Shown: positions 1-11,066 of the stretch, in pieces
Position numbering within the stretch: the stretch's first letter is position 1
Layout of the letters: every line of letters starts with the position of its first letter
Virus record (IMG/VR): IMGVR_UViG_3300044580_000450
Coordinates: 1 to 59,819 of that record
DNA length: 59,819 bases
Reading direction: 5' to 3' (one strand)
Origin: a virus
Taxonomy: Duplodnaviria > Caudoviricetes
Position numbers and translations under genes: made by a program
Notes under the pieces: model-generated
What the model was told of the DNA's origin: nothing
Databases searched by the model: none
What the model saw: only the letters and a program-made list of their open reading frames with translations

Positions 1-333
1 GATTTAGAAAAAGAAAAATCTGCATTTACAAAATTGGGTCTATCCAGTGGAGAAAAATTTATTTTTGTTCATGACGATACGAATCGTAAAATAACCAAAA
101 AACTCCCGAACATAAAAATAGTAAGACCATCGGATCGAGATATTTCTATATTCGATTTTCTTTATACTATTGAGCAAGCAGAAGAGATTCATTGTATAAA
201 TAGCTCTTTTTTCTGTCTTATTGATTGTATTGGAATCAAAAAAGAAAATATGTATTTACATGAATATGTTAGAAAAGATTTAAATGATGATGCAACCCCA
301 ATTCTAGGAAGTAACTGGATAATATTGAAATAA
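1..333 (+). CDS. Partial hypothetical protein, probably glycosyltransferase-related; frame is open from base 1
   Basis: No stop in frame 1 from base 1; stop overlaps the gmd start; sugar-metabolism context. Confidence 0.5.
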   Translation, partial: DLEKEKSAFTKLGLSSGEKFIFVHDDTNRKITKKLPNIKIVRPSDRDISIFDFLYTIEQAEEIHCINSSFFCLIDCIGIKKENMYLHEYVRKDLNDDATPILGSNWIILK

Positions 334-1364
334 TGAGAGTAGCTTTAATTAGTGGAATAACTGGTCAAGATGGCTCATATCTTGCAGAATTTTTATTAAA
401 AAAAAATTATAAAGTTCATGGAATTATAAGAAGATCCTCTTCTTTTAATACTCAAAGATTAGACAATATTTATAAGGATCCTCATATTCCTGATAATAAT
501 CTTCATCTTCATTATGGAGATATTACAGATACCCTCTCCATAGATCAAATAATGCAGGAAGTAAAACCTGATGAAATTTATCATTTAGGGGCTCAATCTC
601 ATGTAAGAGTTTCTTTTGATGTCCCAGGATATACTTGTCAAACGGATGCTTTTGGAACCCTTAATATGTTAGAGGCAATGAGAAAACATGCCCCAAAAGC
701 AAAATTCTATAATGCAGCAACCTCTGAGCTTTTTGGAAAAGTTCTCGAAACTCCCCAGAAAGAAACAACTCCATTTAATCCTCGTTCACCTTATGGAGTA
801 GCGAAACTTTATGCTTATCATATTGTAAAAAATTATCGAGAATCCTATAATCTTTTTGCTGTAAATGGAATACTCTTTAATCATGAATCTGAAAGGAGAG
901 GATCCACATTTGTAACTAAAAAAATTACAGAAGGCCTCATAAAATATCTGAAAACGGGGCAGCCTTTTTATCTTGGAAATGTTTATGCCAAAAGAGACTG
1001 GGGATATGCTCCTGATTTTATTGAAGGTATGTATTTGATGCTTCAACAGGAAAGTCCAGAGGATTTTGTTTTGGCAACGGGGGAAACACATACTATAAAG
1101 GAATTTGTAGATGAGTGCTTGAAACATATAGATGAAAAAGGAACGAGATTTAAATGGAAAAAAGATGAACAATATAGAGAAATTTTATGGGATGTGCTAA
1201 TGGATTCTCTAGTGATTGGTATCGATGAAAAATATTATCGTCCTGCGGAAGTAGATTTATTATTAGGAGATGCTTCAAAGGCCAAACAAATACTTAAATG
1301 GGAACCTAGAGTTACTTTTAAAGAACTCGTAAAAAGAATGATGGAAAATGAAAAAAATAATTAG
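333..1364 (+). CDS. gmd: GDP-mannose 4,6-dehydratase
   Basis: [38 protein letters not shown] and RDWG motifs. Confidence 0.97.
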   Translation: MRVALISGITGQDGSYLAEFLLKKNYKVHGIIRRSSSFNTQRLDNIYKDPHIPDNNLHLHYGDITDTLSIDQIMQEVKPDEIYHLGAQSHVRVSFDVPGYTCQTDAFGTLNMLEAMRKHAPKAKFYNAATSELFGKVLETPQKETTPFNPRSPYGVAKLYAYHIVKNYRESYNLFAVNGILFNHESERRGSTFVTKKITEGLIKYLKTGQPFYLGNVYAKRDWGYAPDFIEGMYLMLQQESPEDFVLATGETHTIKEFVDECLKHIDEKGTRFKWKKDEQYREILWDVLMDSLVIGIDEKYYRPAEVDLLLGDASKAKQILKWEPRVTFKELVKRMMENEKNN

Positions 1365-2019
1365 CTTTTCTGTTTGGGGGGCAAATCCTAAATATGTTGA
1401 AGCAGCTTATCAGAATCTTTTACTTCAACCAGAAATTTATCCTGATTGGATATGTCGCTTTTATATGGACGAGACGGTCCCTAGCAGCTTGCGTACTAAG
1501 CTAGAAGAGGGCGGGGCAGAGATTGTTATGATGCCCCCCTCCGATGGTAATTATGGGCTTTTCTGGAGATTTGAACCGTTAAAAGATACTACAATCGAAA
1601 GATTTATCGTTAGGGATTCCGACTCTCGATTAAATATCCGGGAAGCTGCGGCAGTTAAAGAATGGGAAGAATCTGGTAAAGAATTTCATATTATGAGAGA
1701 TCACCCTCAGCATGGGGCTAAAATTTGTGGAGGAATGTGGGGGGCAACTTCAGAATTCATAAACAAAATAGAAAAGGATTATGACAATCTCTTAAAAAAT
1801 TTTCTATCTACTTTGACTTTCAATAGAATATTTACCCCAAGAGGAAAATATTTTAATTGTGATCAGCCTTTTCTCTGGGCTGTTGTTTGGCCTAGAATAA
1901 TGAATTCTCATATTGCTCATATTAAGGATCTTCCTAATTTAAGATTTATGGGAAATGAGCGTTTATTCCCTATTGAAAACCCTGACAGCATGTTTGTTGG
2001 ACAGCCAATAGAATTATAA
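1348..2019 (+). CDS. Putative glycosyltransferase-like protein
   Basis: [31 protein letters not shown] and DQ motifs; adjacent to gmd. Confidence 0.55.
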   Translation: MKKIISFSVWGANPKYVEAAYQNLLLQPEIYPDWICRFYMDETVPSSLRTKLEEGGAEIVMMPPSDGNYGLFWRFEPLKDTTIERFIVRDSDSRLNIREAAAVKEWEESGKEFHIMRDHPQHGAKICGGMWGATSEFINKIEKDYDNLLKNFLSTLTFNRIFTPRGKYFNCDQPFLWAVVWPRIMNSHIAHIKDLPNLRFMGNERLFPIENPDSMFVGQPIEL

Positions 2020-2024
2020 TTCAT

Positions 2025-2054
2025 AAAAAAAGAGGATCTTTCGATCCTCTTTTT
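2025..2054. terminator. Bidirectional intrinsic terminator between convergent genes
   Basis: AAAAAAAGAGGATC-TTTC-GATCCTCTTTTT hairpin flanked by A and T tracts. Confidence 0.9.
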
Positions 2055-2073
2055 GTTTATAGCGGGCTATTAA

Positions 2074-3825
2074 TTAAATAACCTGACCTGCGTTAGTTTT
2101 GAAAACTAATGTGAGGTACTGGGTCTCTGGGTGCCATCCAGCATCTACAAGAGCGTATCTTGTTTTGATGATAACCTTAGGAGCACCGGTACCTTCGGTG
2201 ATGAGCTTAACGGATTCAGCCATGAGATATGGGCAGAATACTACGCCTGGTTCATCAGAAGCACCTTTACGTCCTACAAGTACTCTGGTGTCATCATAGA
2301 TCATGTTAGGATCTACGTAGAGAGTCATACCAGCGATTGTACCGAGTGGGTAAAGAGAACCGTTGTTCTGGTTGAAGGTGTTAGCGATTGGGCTGAAGCT
2401 GTACTGAGCGTTTGTCTGTAGAGCGGTAGCCATTTTGAGGTTAGTAACGATGAAGTTAGCAGGACCCCTTCTACCTCTCTGCATGATAACGTTACCAGCA
2501 GCGAGAATGTTAGCCATTACTCTCTTGATCATGGTATCCTGGTTTTCGAAAGTAGCTCCAACGACTGAAGCGTAAGATGCGAAACCTGGGATAGTCATAG
2601 ATTCATTAGTGAAAGTAGATTCGCCATTAGGATAAGCATAAGCAGTTGATGCAAGTGAACCTGTAGAAGTACAGTTCAAGTTAAGGTTGATACCTTCTAC
2701 TGCAGCAGCTCTGATGTGGTTTTTCCATCCGAGACCGAAGAGTCTTGAAAGGATGTGCTTGTTAATGCTCTGGCTGATTTCGTTGATACCAGCGTTTTCT
2801 ACCATTGCTATAACATCGATACCCCACTGTTTGTTAAGGTCCTGGATCTGCTCCTGAGTTACAGAAACTGATACCTGATATGTTCCAACCTGAACGAATT
2901 TAGTGAAGAGCTGTAGACCAAGTGCTCTTGGGTACTGCATTTCACCAACACCTCTTTCCATTGGTTCATAAAGGGTAGTTCCACTTACGAAAGTAGCTTC
3001 CCAGTTGTCATTGTCAGTCTGACCAGCACCAGTATAACCCTGAATATGATCTTCAAGAGTTGAAACAAGTGAAGGATAAGTCTTAACAACACCAGCTACT
3101 GAAGAGTCGCTAATGATAAGAGTTGAACCATCAAATACACCTGCAAGGTTAGTAGCTCCGGTGAAAGTTCCGGTTTTGAAAATTGCGAAACCATCAATTC
3201 TGGATTTTCCAACATAAGTAGCAGTAAGCTGAGTTGCTGCATCTTCATTTTGGAATTTAACAACGTCACCAACTGCGGTTGCTGCAATAACTGCAGAAGC
3301 GTCAGTAGAGGTTAGCTGAAGTTTGAATGAATTAGGAGCTTCATACTTAGTGTAAGCAGCGGATCCCTGGAAATTAGCTGGGTTAGCAGTTCCCTGATTG
3401 TAAGCAGGAGGAGCGCCATAAGGCTGTTTTCCACCAGCATAAACATAGTCAAGATAAGAAACCACGCCGGTTGGACCTGGCATAGGAACTACGTTAACGA
3501 TGTCGAAACCAACGGTTCTTGCAGCAACCTGAAGTGCCATTGGAAGAAGAGCAGGCCATTTGTCGCCTGAACCTTTAGTACCTGCCTGATAGAACTGGTT
3601 ACCAGTTGTTGCAGCTTGCTGAGCTGGAACTGCTGTACCTACTCCAGGAACGTTATAAAGGGTAGCATAAGGAGCAGAAACTCCTCCCATTTCAGCCTCG
3701 TTTAGGGCGTGAAAATGAGCGTATTTAGAAATCCAATTCAATCTTGACTCGTCTTTGAGACCAGTAGTCTTCTGAATCATCGGACTCCATTTTTCTACGA
3801 TTTGTTGTTCATTAAGTTGTTTCAT
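2074..3825 (-). CDS. Major capsid protein, T4 gp23-like
   Basis: N-terminal EKWSP, VVPMPGPTG, GVVFCPY and KTRYAL motifs; strongly biased codon use; follows prohead protease. Confidence 0.92.
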   Translation of the reverse strand: MKQLNEQQIVEKWSPMIQKTTGLKDESRLNWISKYAHFHALNEAEMGGVSAPYATLYNVPGVGTAVPAQQAATTGNQFYQAGTKGSGDKWPALLPMALQVAARTVGFDIVNVVPMPGPTGVVSYLDYVYAGGKQPYGAPPAYNQGTANPANFQGSAAYTKYEAPNSFKLQLTSTDASAVIAATAVGDVVKFQNEDAATQLTATYVGKSRIDGFAIFKTGTFTGATNLAGVFDGSTLIISDSSVAGVVKTYPSLVSTLEDHIQGYTGAGQTDNDNWEATFVSGTTLYEPMERGVGEMQYPRALGLQLFTKFVQVGTYQVSVSVTQEQIQDLNKQWGIDVIAMVENAGINEISQSINKHILSRLFGLGWKNHIRAAAVEGINLNLNCTSTGSLASTAYAYPNGESTFTNESMTIPGFASYASVVGATFENQDTMIKRVMANILAAGNVIMQRGRRGPANFIVTNLKMATALQTNAQYSFSPIANTFNQNNGSLYPLGTIAGMTLYVDPNMIYDDTRVLVGRKGASDEPGVVFCPYLMAESVKLITEGTGAPKVIIKTRYALVDAGWHPETQYLTLVFKTNAGQVI

Positions 3826-3914
3826 TTTGAAAACTTATTTTTAAATTTATTTGATTTATTTATTTTTTAACGTTTTTCTGAAAACCCAACATAGCGTCAA
3901 GATTTTATCAAAAA

Positions 3915-6260
3915 TTATCTGCTATATCTCTTCATCATTTCCCCTACTGAAGCAATAAATGGATCAATATCGGGTTCTTTTTCATCCTTAGCACCAGTAG
4001 GTGTAAAGATTTCATTTAGAGATACGACTGGTTTCTGAGCTATCTTTGAGGTTTCCCAGAAGTTGTTGATCTGGTACTGAGTTTCAAGTGCATAGAACTC
4101 GGAACGTGCTTTAATGCTTTCTTTAACTACTTCAGGAGCTTTATCATAAGCTTCTTTGTACTGTTTTGGAGCAAGTTTGAGCCATAGTGGTTCCCCAACT
4201 ACAGCTGGTTTTAGTGCACTTTCCCAAAGTCCTTTAATTACTTTAGAATCAGTGGTCGGATGTTTTGCTACTTCTGCGGCTACCTTGTTTTTGTCGGATT
4301 CTGATAATGCAGCAAATTCCTTTCTATCACTTTCACTCAAAAGAGAAATGAAAGGGTGTTGAGCTCTTGTATCTTCAACTAATTTCTTTTCTTTTTCGAT
4401 ATTAGTGATGATAGTGCTGAGTTTCTCATCAAGTTTGGAAGCTCTTGTTTTGATTTCAGGTTTTGGAAGAGGTTTTTCTTCTGATTCCTTGAGCTTACCT
4501 TCTGGTTTGGTATCAAGTTTCATATTCTGATCCTTGGATTTAGGACCATCACCAGTAATTTTTACAGCTGGTTTAGCCTGTCCTTTAACTACGTCAAGAA
4601 CGAGGATACCTTTAACTTTAGTTCCGGTTGAAACTTTTCCTGGTTCATCTTTGCTATCTTCGATAGTTTTGAGTCCTTTAGGTTTAGCTTCTTTATTAAC
4701 TTTTGCAGTTTTTAATTTAGCTACGATGGTTTTTCCATCAAAGTGAACTGCAGTATCTTTACCGGCTTCGGTATCAACTTTTTCATTACCTGTTTTATTA
4801 ACGTCGGTAATAACTCCAAGGCCTTTAACGCCTTTAATTCCTGTAATCATAGTTTCTGATAAAGGTTTAGCTGTGATTCCATGAGTTGAAAGAGTCTCAT
4901 CGAGTTTTTTCTTCAATTCTGGATCTTGTTTTGATTCGGAAACTAATTCTATGTACTGAATAAGTTTCTTTGCGTCTTCTTTGCTCATTGCTCTTCCGAA
5001 CATATCTTCAGACCAATTAGCCATTTCATTGACGTTTTTAGCAATAGAGGAGGTCCAATCATGGATTCCATTAATCGCTCTGGCTTTTTCACCACCCCAT
5101 TCGTGGAGTGCATTAACGGCTCTTGAAATTTGGCCGTTCCATTCGTTGATACCATTAAGCATTTCAGCATTATGGTCAACTGTTTCAGCAATTGCATTAG
5201 TAACTTTTGCATTGTTGCCAACCCAATCTTGGGTAGCGTTAAGAGTTTTAGCATTGTGATCCACTGTTTCAACGATACGTTTCGTTAGTGAATAATGCTG
5301 GTTATTCTTTTCTGCTAGACTGTCGGCATAAGAGGCAACTTTGTTAAGAGCCTTCGCAATATCACCTTGCCAATCAAGGGATTTTTCCTGAATAGCCTTA
5401 AGGTTCTTAACATATCTCTTAAGCACCTCTATTTCTTCATTAATCGCCCCTTGTTTTTCTATGGCATCTAATCTTTCGGTAATCTTGCTTAGCTCTTTCT
5501 TAAAAAATACTGTCCACTGCTGAATAGCTTCTTCGTTTACATTTTGATTTTCCATTTTATTAGATTCGCTTTTATTTTTTGCATTTGGATTTTGAAGAGC
5601 TAGCGCTTCTTCACGTAGTTTAACTGATGGAAATTTGTCAGTCAAATCTACAATAGTAATGTTCTCATTGACAATACCAAATTCGTTAGAGATGTTGTCA
5701 GTTGTAGCTCTACTATAAGATTCATTTAGCATGCTAATCTGAGCCTTAATTCTAGCTCTGGCTCCTTCATTCACCGTTGTTAACTGAGCAGCTTCAAACC
5801 CTGGCTTAGCAACTAAGTCATAAGTATAAATCTGTTGAATTGAAACGGTTTTGTCTTCATTAACTGTACCAGCGGCACGTGAAGAAATTGAAAGGGGAAC
5901 GCCAGCTTCGAGGAGGGATTTTGCAATCTGGCCTTTTGGGGTATTAAGAATTTCTATTCTTCCTTTTACCTGTCTTGAGGCTTGATCATACCAAAGTTCG
6001 GAAATTCTATGGGAAACACTTCCAAGGGCAACTTCAAATCTTTCAGGGTGGTCTAGCTCACCTAAAAGGTTACCATTAGAAATATCTTTCTTTAGATATT
6101 CCAAGTGAGGTAAATATTCCTTTTCCTCGTAAATACGTCCATTTCTGTTCTCTATTCCGAATTCAGCAAAGACACCTTCAAGAGTAACTTTTCCTTCCTT
6201 GTTAATCTTTTGAAGGTTTTGGCTCGATCTTTCAAGGATCAATACGTTTCTTTGATTCAT
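3915..6260 (-). CDS. Prohead protease (T4 gp21-like) fused to a long scaffold-like domain
   Basis: LEGVF, NRNGRIY, GELDHP, VSH, ISSRAAG and YDLVAKPGF motifs, then helical repeats. Confidence 0.9.
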   Translation of the reverse strand: MNQRNVLILERSSQNLQKINKEGKVTLEGVFAEFGIENRNGRIYEEKEYLPHLEYLKKDISNGNLLGELDHPERFEVALGSVSHRISELWYDQASRQVKGRIEILNTPKGQIAKSLLEAGVPLSISSRAAGTVNEDKTVSIQQIYTYDLVAKPGFEAAQLTTVNEGARARIKAQISMLNESYSRATTDNISNEFGIVNENITIVDLTDKFPSVKLREEALALQNPNAKNKSESNKMENQNVNEEAIQQWTVFFKKELSKITERLDAIEKQGAINEEIEVLKRYVKNLKAIQEKSLDWQGDIAKALNKVASYADSLAEKNNQHYSLTKRIVETVDHNAKTLNATQDWVGNNAKVTNAIAETVDHNAEMLNGINEWNGQISRAVNALHEWGGEKARAINGIHDWTSSIAKNVNEMANWSEDMFGRAMSKEDAKKLIQYIELVSESKQDPELKKKLDETLSTHGITAKPLSETMITGIKGVKGLGVITDVNKTGNEKVDTEAGKDTAVHFDGKTIVAKLKTAKVNKEAKPKGLKTIEDSKDEPGKVSTGTKVKGILVLDVVKGQAKPAVKITGDGPKSKDQNMKLDTKPEGKLKESEEKPLPKPEIKTRASKLDEKLSTIITNIEKEKKLVEDTRAQHPFISLLSESDRKEFAALSESDKNKVAAEVAKHPTTDSKVIKGLWESALKPAVVGEPLWLKLAPKQYKEAYDKAPEVVKESIKARSEFYALETQYQINNFWETSKIAQKPVVSLNEIFTPTGAKDEKEPDIDPFIASVGEMMKRYSR

Positions 6261-6487
6261 TAGAATACTATTTTTTTATTATATTTTACTATATATTTTA
6301 ACGAAATTTTTATCCATTTCGGGGCATAGCGCAAGGCCCGTTAATTTTTTTACAAATTTTTAGGGAATGATGTTAATAACCGCATATAAATAAACCATTT
6401 GAAGAAGTTTGGGATGTTAATTCCATGTTAAAGAAAATCTTACCTTATTCAGCTTTTAAAAAGATATATAAAATAAAGATCTAAATC

Positions 6488-7159
6488 ATGATAATTTACA
6501 AGACAACTAATCTTATAAATGGAAAAATTTATATTGGTAAGGATAGTAAAAATGATCCGAATTATTTTGGGTCCGGATTACTGTTAAGACAATCTATAAA
6601 AAAATACGGAAAGAAAAATTTTAAAAAAGAAATTATTGATTTTGCTGATTCCGTTAAGGGATTAAACGAAAAAGAAATTTATTGGATAGCTTTTTATAAT
6701 TCCACAAATAAAGAAATAGGATATAATTTAACCCCGGGCGGATTCGGCGGGGATACGACAACATTTAATCCAAATAGAGAAAAAATTATTAAGAATAGAA
6801 CTACTATTTTGAGAAATACTGTTTACAAAATTCCAGAATTTAGTAATGCAATAAGAAATAATAAATCCGGAAAATATACAGTAAGCGAAAAATGCCACCA
6901 ATCAAAAAAAGAATCCCATAGAAAAAATTTATCTTTATCGGTTCGAGAATATTGGAAAGACAACAGAGAAGAAATGTTAAAAAATGTTCAAAGAGGGGGA
7001 ATTACTAAAAGAAAATATGAAAGAATTGAGAAAAAATGTGTATATTGCGATAATATTTTTATAACTATAAAACACCCAACAAAGGAGCATTTATATTGTA
7101 GTAAAAAATGCAGTGTTATTCACCATCATATATTAAAGGGGCATAAGTTAAAAACATAA
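6488..7159 (+). CDS. GIY-YIG (Seg-like) homing endonuclease
   Basis: IIYKTTNLINGKIYIG, YFGSG and GYNLTPGG; C-terminal Cys motif. Confidence 0.9.
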   Translation: MIIYKTTNLINGKIYIGKDSKNDPNYFGSGLLLRQSIKKYGKKNFKKEIIDFADSVKGLNEKEIYWIAFYNSTNKEIGYNLTPGGFGGDTTTFNPNREKIIKNRTTILRNTVYKIPEFSNAIRNNKSGKYTVSEKCHQSKKESHRKNLSLSVREYWKDNREEMLKNVQRGGITKRKYERIEKKCVYCDNIFITIKHPTKEHLYCSKKCSVIHHHILKGHKLKT

Positions 7160-7162
7160 AAG

Positions 7163-7699
7163 ATGATGACCTTTCTCCCGTATCCGGATTTCCGAAAAAG
7201 TGCTCAGACACTAGATAAGAGACGTTGTTTTGCTCAAGTAAGAGAAGCAAAACAAATTCTTAATGTTCTTGAGGGAAAATCAAAAGGATACAAAAATCAT
7301 CCAGCAGTTTTGATGTGGAAAGGATTTGAAAAAGAATTAAAACATTACTATAATATTTTTCTTAATGAATGTTTGGAGATTCATAAGATAAAAACAAATT
7401 ATTGGTACGAGGATTGTTATTATTCCTATGGAGTAAGAACGGAAGCAGTCATAGTTAATAATAATCATGATGTTATTCATGAACCTCTTAATTATTTTGT
7501 AGATAACGAAATCCCTTCCTGGGAACGAAATAAACCTTTTTGGCTTGGGCAGGAACCCTTCCACCGTGCAATGAGAGCACGTCTCATTGAAAAAGATCCT
7601 GAATTTTATGGACCTAAATTTTTAGATCGGGATCGCGGATATAATGGGGGAAAATATTGGTGGCCAGTAATGGAAGATCAAACTTTCCGAATTATCTAA
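7163..7699 (+). CDS. Pyrimidine-dimer DNA glycosylase-like protein (MSMEG_6728-like)
   Basis: MTFLPYPDF..SA..LD.RR..Q..EAKQIL, NHPAVLMWKG, L..KDPEFY and WP motifs. Confidence 0.75.
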   Translation: MMTFLPYPDFRKSAQTLDKRRCFAQVREAKQILNVLEGKSKGYKNHPAVLMWKGFEKELKHYYNIFLNECLEIHKIKTNYWYEDCYYSYGVRTEAVIVNNNHDVIHEPLNYFVDNEIPSWERNKPFWLGQEPFHRAMRARLIEKDPEFYGPKFLDRDRGYNGGKYWWPVMEDQTFRII

Positions 7700-7740
7700 T
7701 TTTTCTTAAAACTTAGATAAATAATCTAAGTATAAAAAAT

Positions 7741-8487
7741 ATGAAGGAATTTAAGAAAAAAGTCCTCTTTATAGGGGATGTACACGGTTTGACCGAATGG
7801 GATAATATTGCCATGGGCGGTCTAAAAAACTTTTATGAAATAGTTTTTCTAGGAGATTATGTGGACAGCTTCTTTGTTAGTGCTGCTCAACAAATTGCTA
7901 ACTTAAGGGATTTAATAACATTCTTAAGAAAGCACCAGGATGTTGCTACAGCATTGTTAGGTAACCATGATTATGCTTATATTTATGGTTATTCTGGAAT
8001 TAGCGGTCATCAGCATTATCATATTCAGGAATATAGAAAAATATTCCAAGATAATATAGATCTTTTCAAAATTGCTTGGGGATTTACTGGCAAGGATGGA
8101 AAGTATACTCTTGCAACTCATGCAGGATTAACTTCGGAATTTTGGAATAAGTTTGTAGTTCCGGAGTTTAATGAAGGAAAATGGCTTCATACAATAACAG
8201 ACGGAAAAAAACCCGATGAAATTCCTATGCATGAAACATTGAATTATTTGAAAGATAAAGGGGATGTTTTATGGAAAGTTGGTAGAGCAAGAATGGGTGC
8301 AGGAACTCCTGGCCCTTTGTGGGCAGATTATACAGAAGTTCTAGATGATCCATATCCAGGGATAAATCAGGTCTTTGGACATACTCCAAGGGCATCTGTT
8401 ACCGTAGATCATATTGATAATAATTTCTTAGCTTGCGTTGATAGCTGGGGAAATAAAAGAATAGTTAGCTTGCTGCTTCCACTTTAG
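7741..8487 (+). CDS. Calcineurin-like metallophosphoesterase
   Basis: GDVHG, GDYVD, GNHD, THAG and GHT motifs. Confidence 0.9.
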   Translation: MKEFKKKVLFIGDVHGLTEWDNIAMGGLKNFYEIVFLGDYVDSFFVSAAQQIANLRDLITFLRKHQDVATALLGNHDYAYIYGYSGISGHQHYHIQEYRKIFQDNIDLFKIAWGFTGKDGKYTLATHAGLTSEFWNKFVVPEFNEGKWLHTITDGKKPDEIPMHETLNYLKDKGDVLWKVGRARMGAGTPGPLWADYTEVLDDPYPGINQVFGHTPRASVTVDHIDNNFLACVDSWGNKRIVSLLLPL

Positions 8488-9379
8488 CTAATAGCTTTTT
8501 AGTATTTTCCCATTGACTTGCCCAATTTTTAATATCTTGCGAAATTTTAGCACCATTTTTTAAAAGAAATTTCGCAAGATTTAAATTTTTGGTTTTTAGC
8601 GCCCATTTTAAATATTTAGGACTCTTGAAAGATACTCCCTCCTTTGCAAGATTTTTTAAGATTTTCATTCTCTTATCATCATCCACTTGAGAGGTAAATA
8701 GATTTTTTATTATTTCAGAGTTATCAAAAAGAAAAGAGATTTCTTTGGATAAATCTATAAGTATTCTTGAGTAATGAACTGGATAATCTGCTCTGGAATA
8801 TTTTTTTAGTAAATTCTGAACTTCTTCTTTATTTTCGGGCAACGAAATATATCCAGAGTTTACTAATTTATCCCATAAAAATCTATATCCCTCTTCTCTT
8901 AAATCTCTTTGCCCCTGATTATGAATGGAAAAAGCTATTTCACCCATTCTAAAAAGAATTTCGAATATACTGCTAACCATAAAAACATGCTCGTGTTTAT
9001 TCTTTAAATATTCTGGGCGATTTTTTTCAATCCAATTCCACAAAGTATAAAAATTATCCATTTGTTTTTTTGGATTTTCCTTTGAAAACCCTATTGAACT
9101 AGATAAATTTCCTAAGGCTTCCATTAAATCAGGGATTTTTATTTGAGAACCTTTTATTTCTAAAAAATCTCTAAAAAGTGTAGGGTCCTGAAGGCCTCCT
9201 CTGGAGAAAGCAGTAGTTAAAAAAAGAAATCTTGTAGGGTATTCAAGATAATTCTCATACTCCGAATCATTATTTAATTCTTTTCGAATTCTTTCATCAA
9301 GGCCCCACGATTTAATCGTTGTTTTTGGGTCTTCATGACGATTAAATTCCAAAGCTTCTCTTATAAACATTGCTCTCAT
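8465..9379 (-). CDS. Hypothetical protein with shared N-terminal tag and ankyrin-like C-terminus
   Basis: MRAMFIREALEFNRHEDPK start; LKWA..NLNLAKFLLKNGA end. Confidence 0.6.
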   Translation of the reverse strand: MRAMFIREALEFNRHEDPKTTIKSWGLDERIRKELNNDSEYENYLEYPTRFLFLTTAFSRGGLQDPTLFRDFLEIKGSQIKIPDLMEALGNLSSSIGFSKENPKKQMDNFYTLWNWIEKNRPEYLKNKHEHVFMVSSIFEILFRMGEIAFSIHNQGQRDLREEGYRFLWDKLVNSGYISLPENKEEVQNLLKKYSRADYPVHYSRILIDLSKEISFLFDNSEIIKNLFTSQVDDDKRMKILKNLAKEGVSFKSPKYLKWALKTKNLNLAKFLLKNGAKISQDIKNWASQWENTKKLLAKVEAAS

Positions 9380-9419
9380 AAGTTATATATTTCTATAAAT
9401 AAATAGAGAAAAACTATAG

Positions 9420-10448
9420 GTGAAGATTATCATATCTTTGGATGCAGCTGGGGTCAGAGGACTTATGACCTTAACTGTCCTAAATTATCTAGAGAGAAGA
9501 ATCCAAGACATTCAAGGCGATTCCAGAATAAGATTAGCTAATCTTGTTGATTTTGCTGCAGGAACAGCTACAGGTTCAACATTCTTATCTTTAATGTTTC
9601 TCCCATCTGAAAATAAAAGTCCCTGGGCAAAATTAGATCTTAAAGATATTTCTGATATTGCTATGGAAATTTATGATGTTTTCTTTTATAATGATTTTAA
9701 ACATAAATTAAAAACATGGTGGGGATTGAAGGGTCCTCTTTATCCGATGACTAAAATTGATGAAGTCTTTCTTCGCCATTTTAATCATTATAAAATGTCT
9801 CAATTAATAAAACCTCTAGTTATTACTGGATATGATATAAGCAAGAGGGAAGTGCTTCTTTATTCTAACTTAAAAGATTCCGTTTATAGAAATTATTATG
9901 TAAAAGATATTGCTAAGGTGGCTTTATCCACTCCAGGATCTATGGAGCCGGGATATTTTAAGGAAGGGTTAGATGAAAATGTTGTTATACAAGGCGGTTT
10001 ATTTGCTGGTAATCCTTCCATGATAGCATTAACTGAAGCTCACAAGGAAGGGATTATTGACGAGGGGAATCTAAAGGACGTATTCTTTATTTCATTTGGA
10101 GGTGGCAAAAATCATCAGTTGAAAAAGAAATTCCCATACGAGGAGGCTAAAAAATGGGGTCCAATACAATGGTTATTTCCCATCTTAGATATAGTTCAAT
10201 CAGCATCTCAAGAAACTTCGGAAAAACAAATAAGATCTCTTTTTGAATCTCAAAAATGTTTAGAAAACTACCATAGAATAGATCCTGAAGTAATTCTTGG
10301 GAATGGATATTCAATGTCCCCGGATAAAGATAATGTTGTAAACGTTATTAAAGATGGAATAAAATATATTGAAGATAATAAGGTTTATCTTGAACAGCTA
10401 GCTAATAAAATCTGTAGATTGAAATACTTGATTAGAGTAGATGACTAA
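9420..10448 (+). CDS. Patatin-like protein with degenerate catalytic motifs
   Basis: LDAAGVRG, GTATG and QGG in place of DGGGxRG, GTSTG and DGG. Confidence 0.85.
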   Translation: MKIIISLDAAGVRGLMTLTVLNYLERRIQDIQGDSRIRLANLVDFAAGTATGSTFLSLMFLPSENKSPWAKLDLKDISDIAMEIYDVFFYNDFKHKLKTWWGLKGPLYPMTKIDEVFLRHFNHYKMSQLIKPLVITGYDISKREVLLYSNLKDSVYRNYYVKDIAKVALSTPGSMEPGYFKEGLDENVVIQGGLFAGNPSMIALTEAHKEGIIDEGNLKDVFFISFGGGKNHQLKKKFPYEEAKKWGPIQWLFPILDIVQSASQETSEKQIRSLFESQKCLENYHRIDPEVILGNGYSMSPDKDNVVNVIKDGIKYIEDNKVYLEQLANKICRLKYLIRVDD

Positions 10449-11065
10449 AAAATATAATTCTTAGTTCCCTTACGGCACTTAACCTGTGTTTTGATATTAT
10501 TATTTTCGGAAAATCCATTTTCAAGTTTCCCGTCTTTTCTTTTAAGAACTAATCCTTCAAAAATTTGAAATTTGGTTATTTCATCATAAAAATCTTTGAA
10601 ACCAAAATCCCTTGAAACAATCCTATAACAATTTTCAGAGATTTGTCTAGTCCAATGTACATAAATATCCGAGGGATATAGTTTTGCTAAGAGAAAAAGT
10701 CTTTCTTCAAAGGTGGATCCAATAAGATGGTTTCCATCATACATGATAATATCCCAAATGACATATTTAATGTTCCAAGGTTTTCCGTTCTCGTCTTTCT
10801 GATTTTTATTAAGGTATTCTCCGCAAAGTATCATTTCCCCTTTTCCCCTGTAGAGCTTCCTAAGTTCCTCTTTATCAATTTTGCATTCTATAGGTTTCTT
10901 ATGACGGTTCATAGTTTTTATCTCCTTACCACCATCACTAAAATAGATTTGCATGGAACTCCCATTGAGTTTTGGTTCTGCGAGAAATTTGCCCATCTCT
11001 TCGAAGACGGGCAAACTTTCGGGAGCTATTTTGTTCTCTGCTCGGGGAGGATAAATGTACTTCAT
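10445..11065 (-). CDS. ATP-dependent ligase-type nucleotidyltransferase domain protein (start moved to MKYIYPP)
   Basis: EPKLNG motif I, CGE, WDI and EGLVLK; adenylation domain only. Confidence 0.75.
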   Translation of the reverse strand: MKYIYPPRAENKIAPESLPVFEEMGKFLAEPKLNGSSMQIYFSDGGKEIKTMNRHKKPIECKIDKEELRKLYRGKGEMILCGEYLNKNQKDENGKPWNIKYVIWDIIMYDGNHLIGSTFEERLFLLAKLYPSDIYVHWTRQISENCYRIVSRDFGFKDFYDEITKFQIFEGLVLKRKDGKLENGFSENNNIKTQVKCRKGTKNYIF

Positions 11066-11066
11066 T

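Noticed and set aside
2099-5272. Antisense and alternative-frame ORFs within the capsid and protease genes
   Set aside because: Shadows of strongly biased codon usage, with no recognisable motifs
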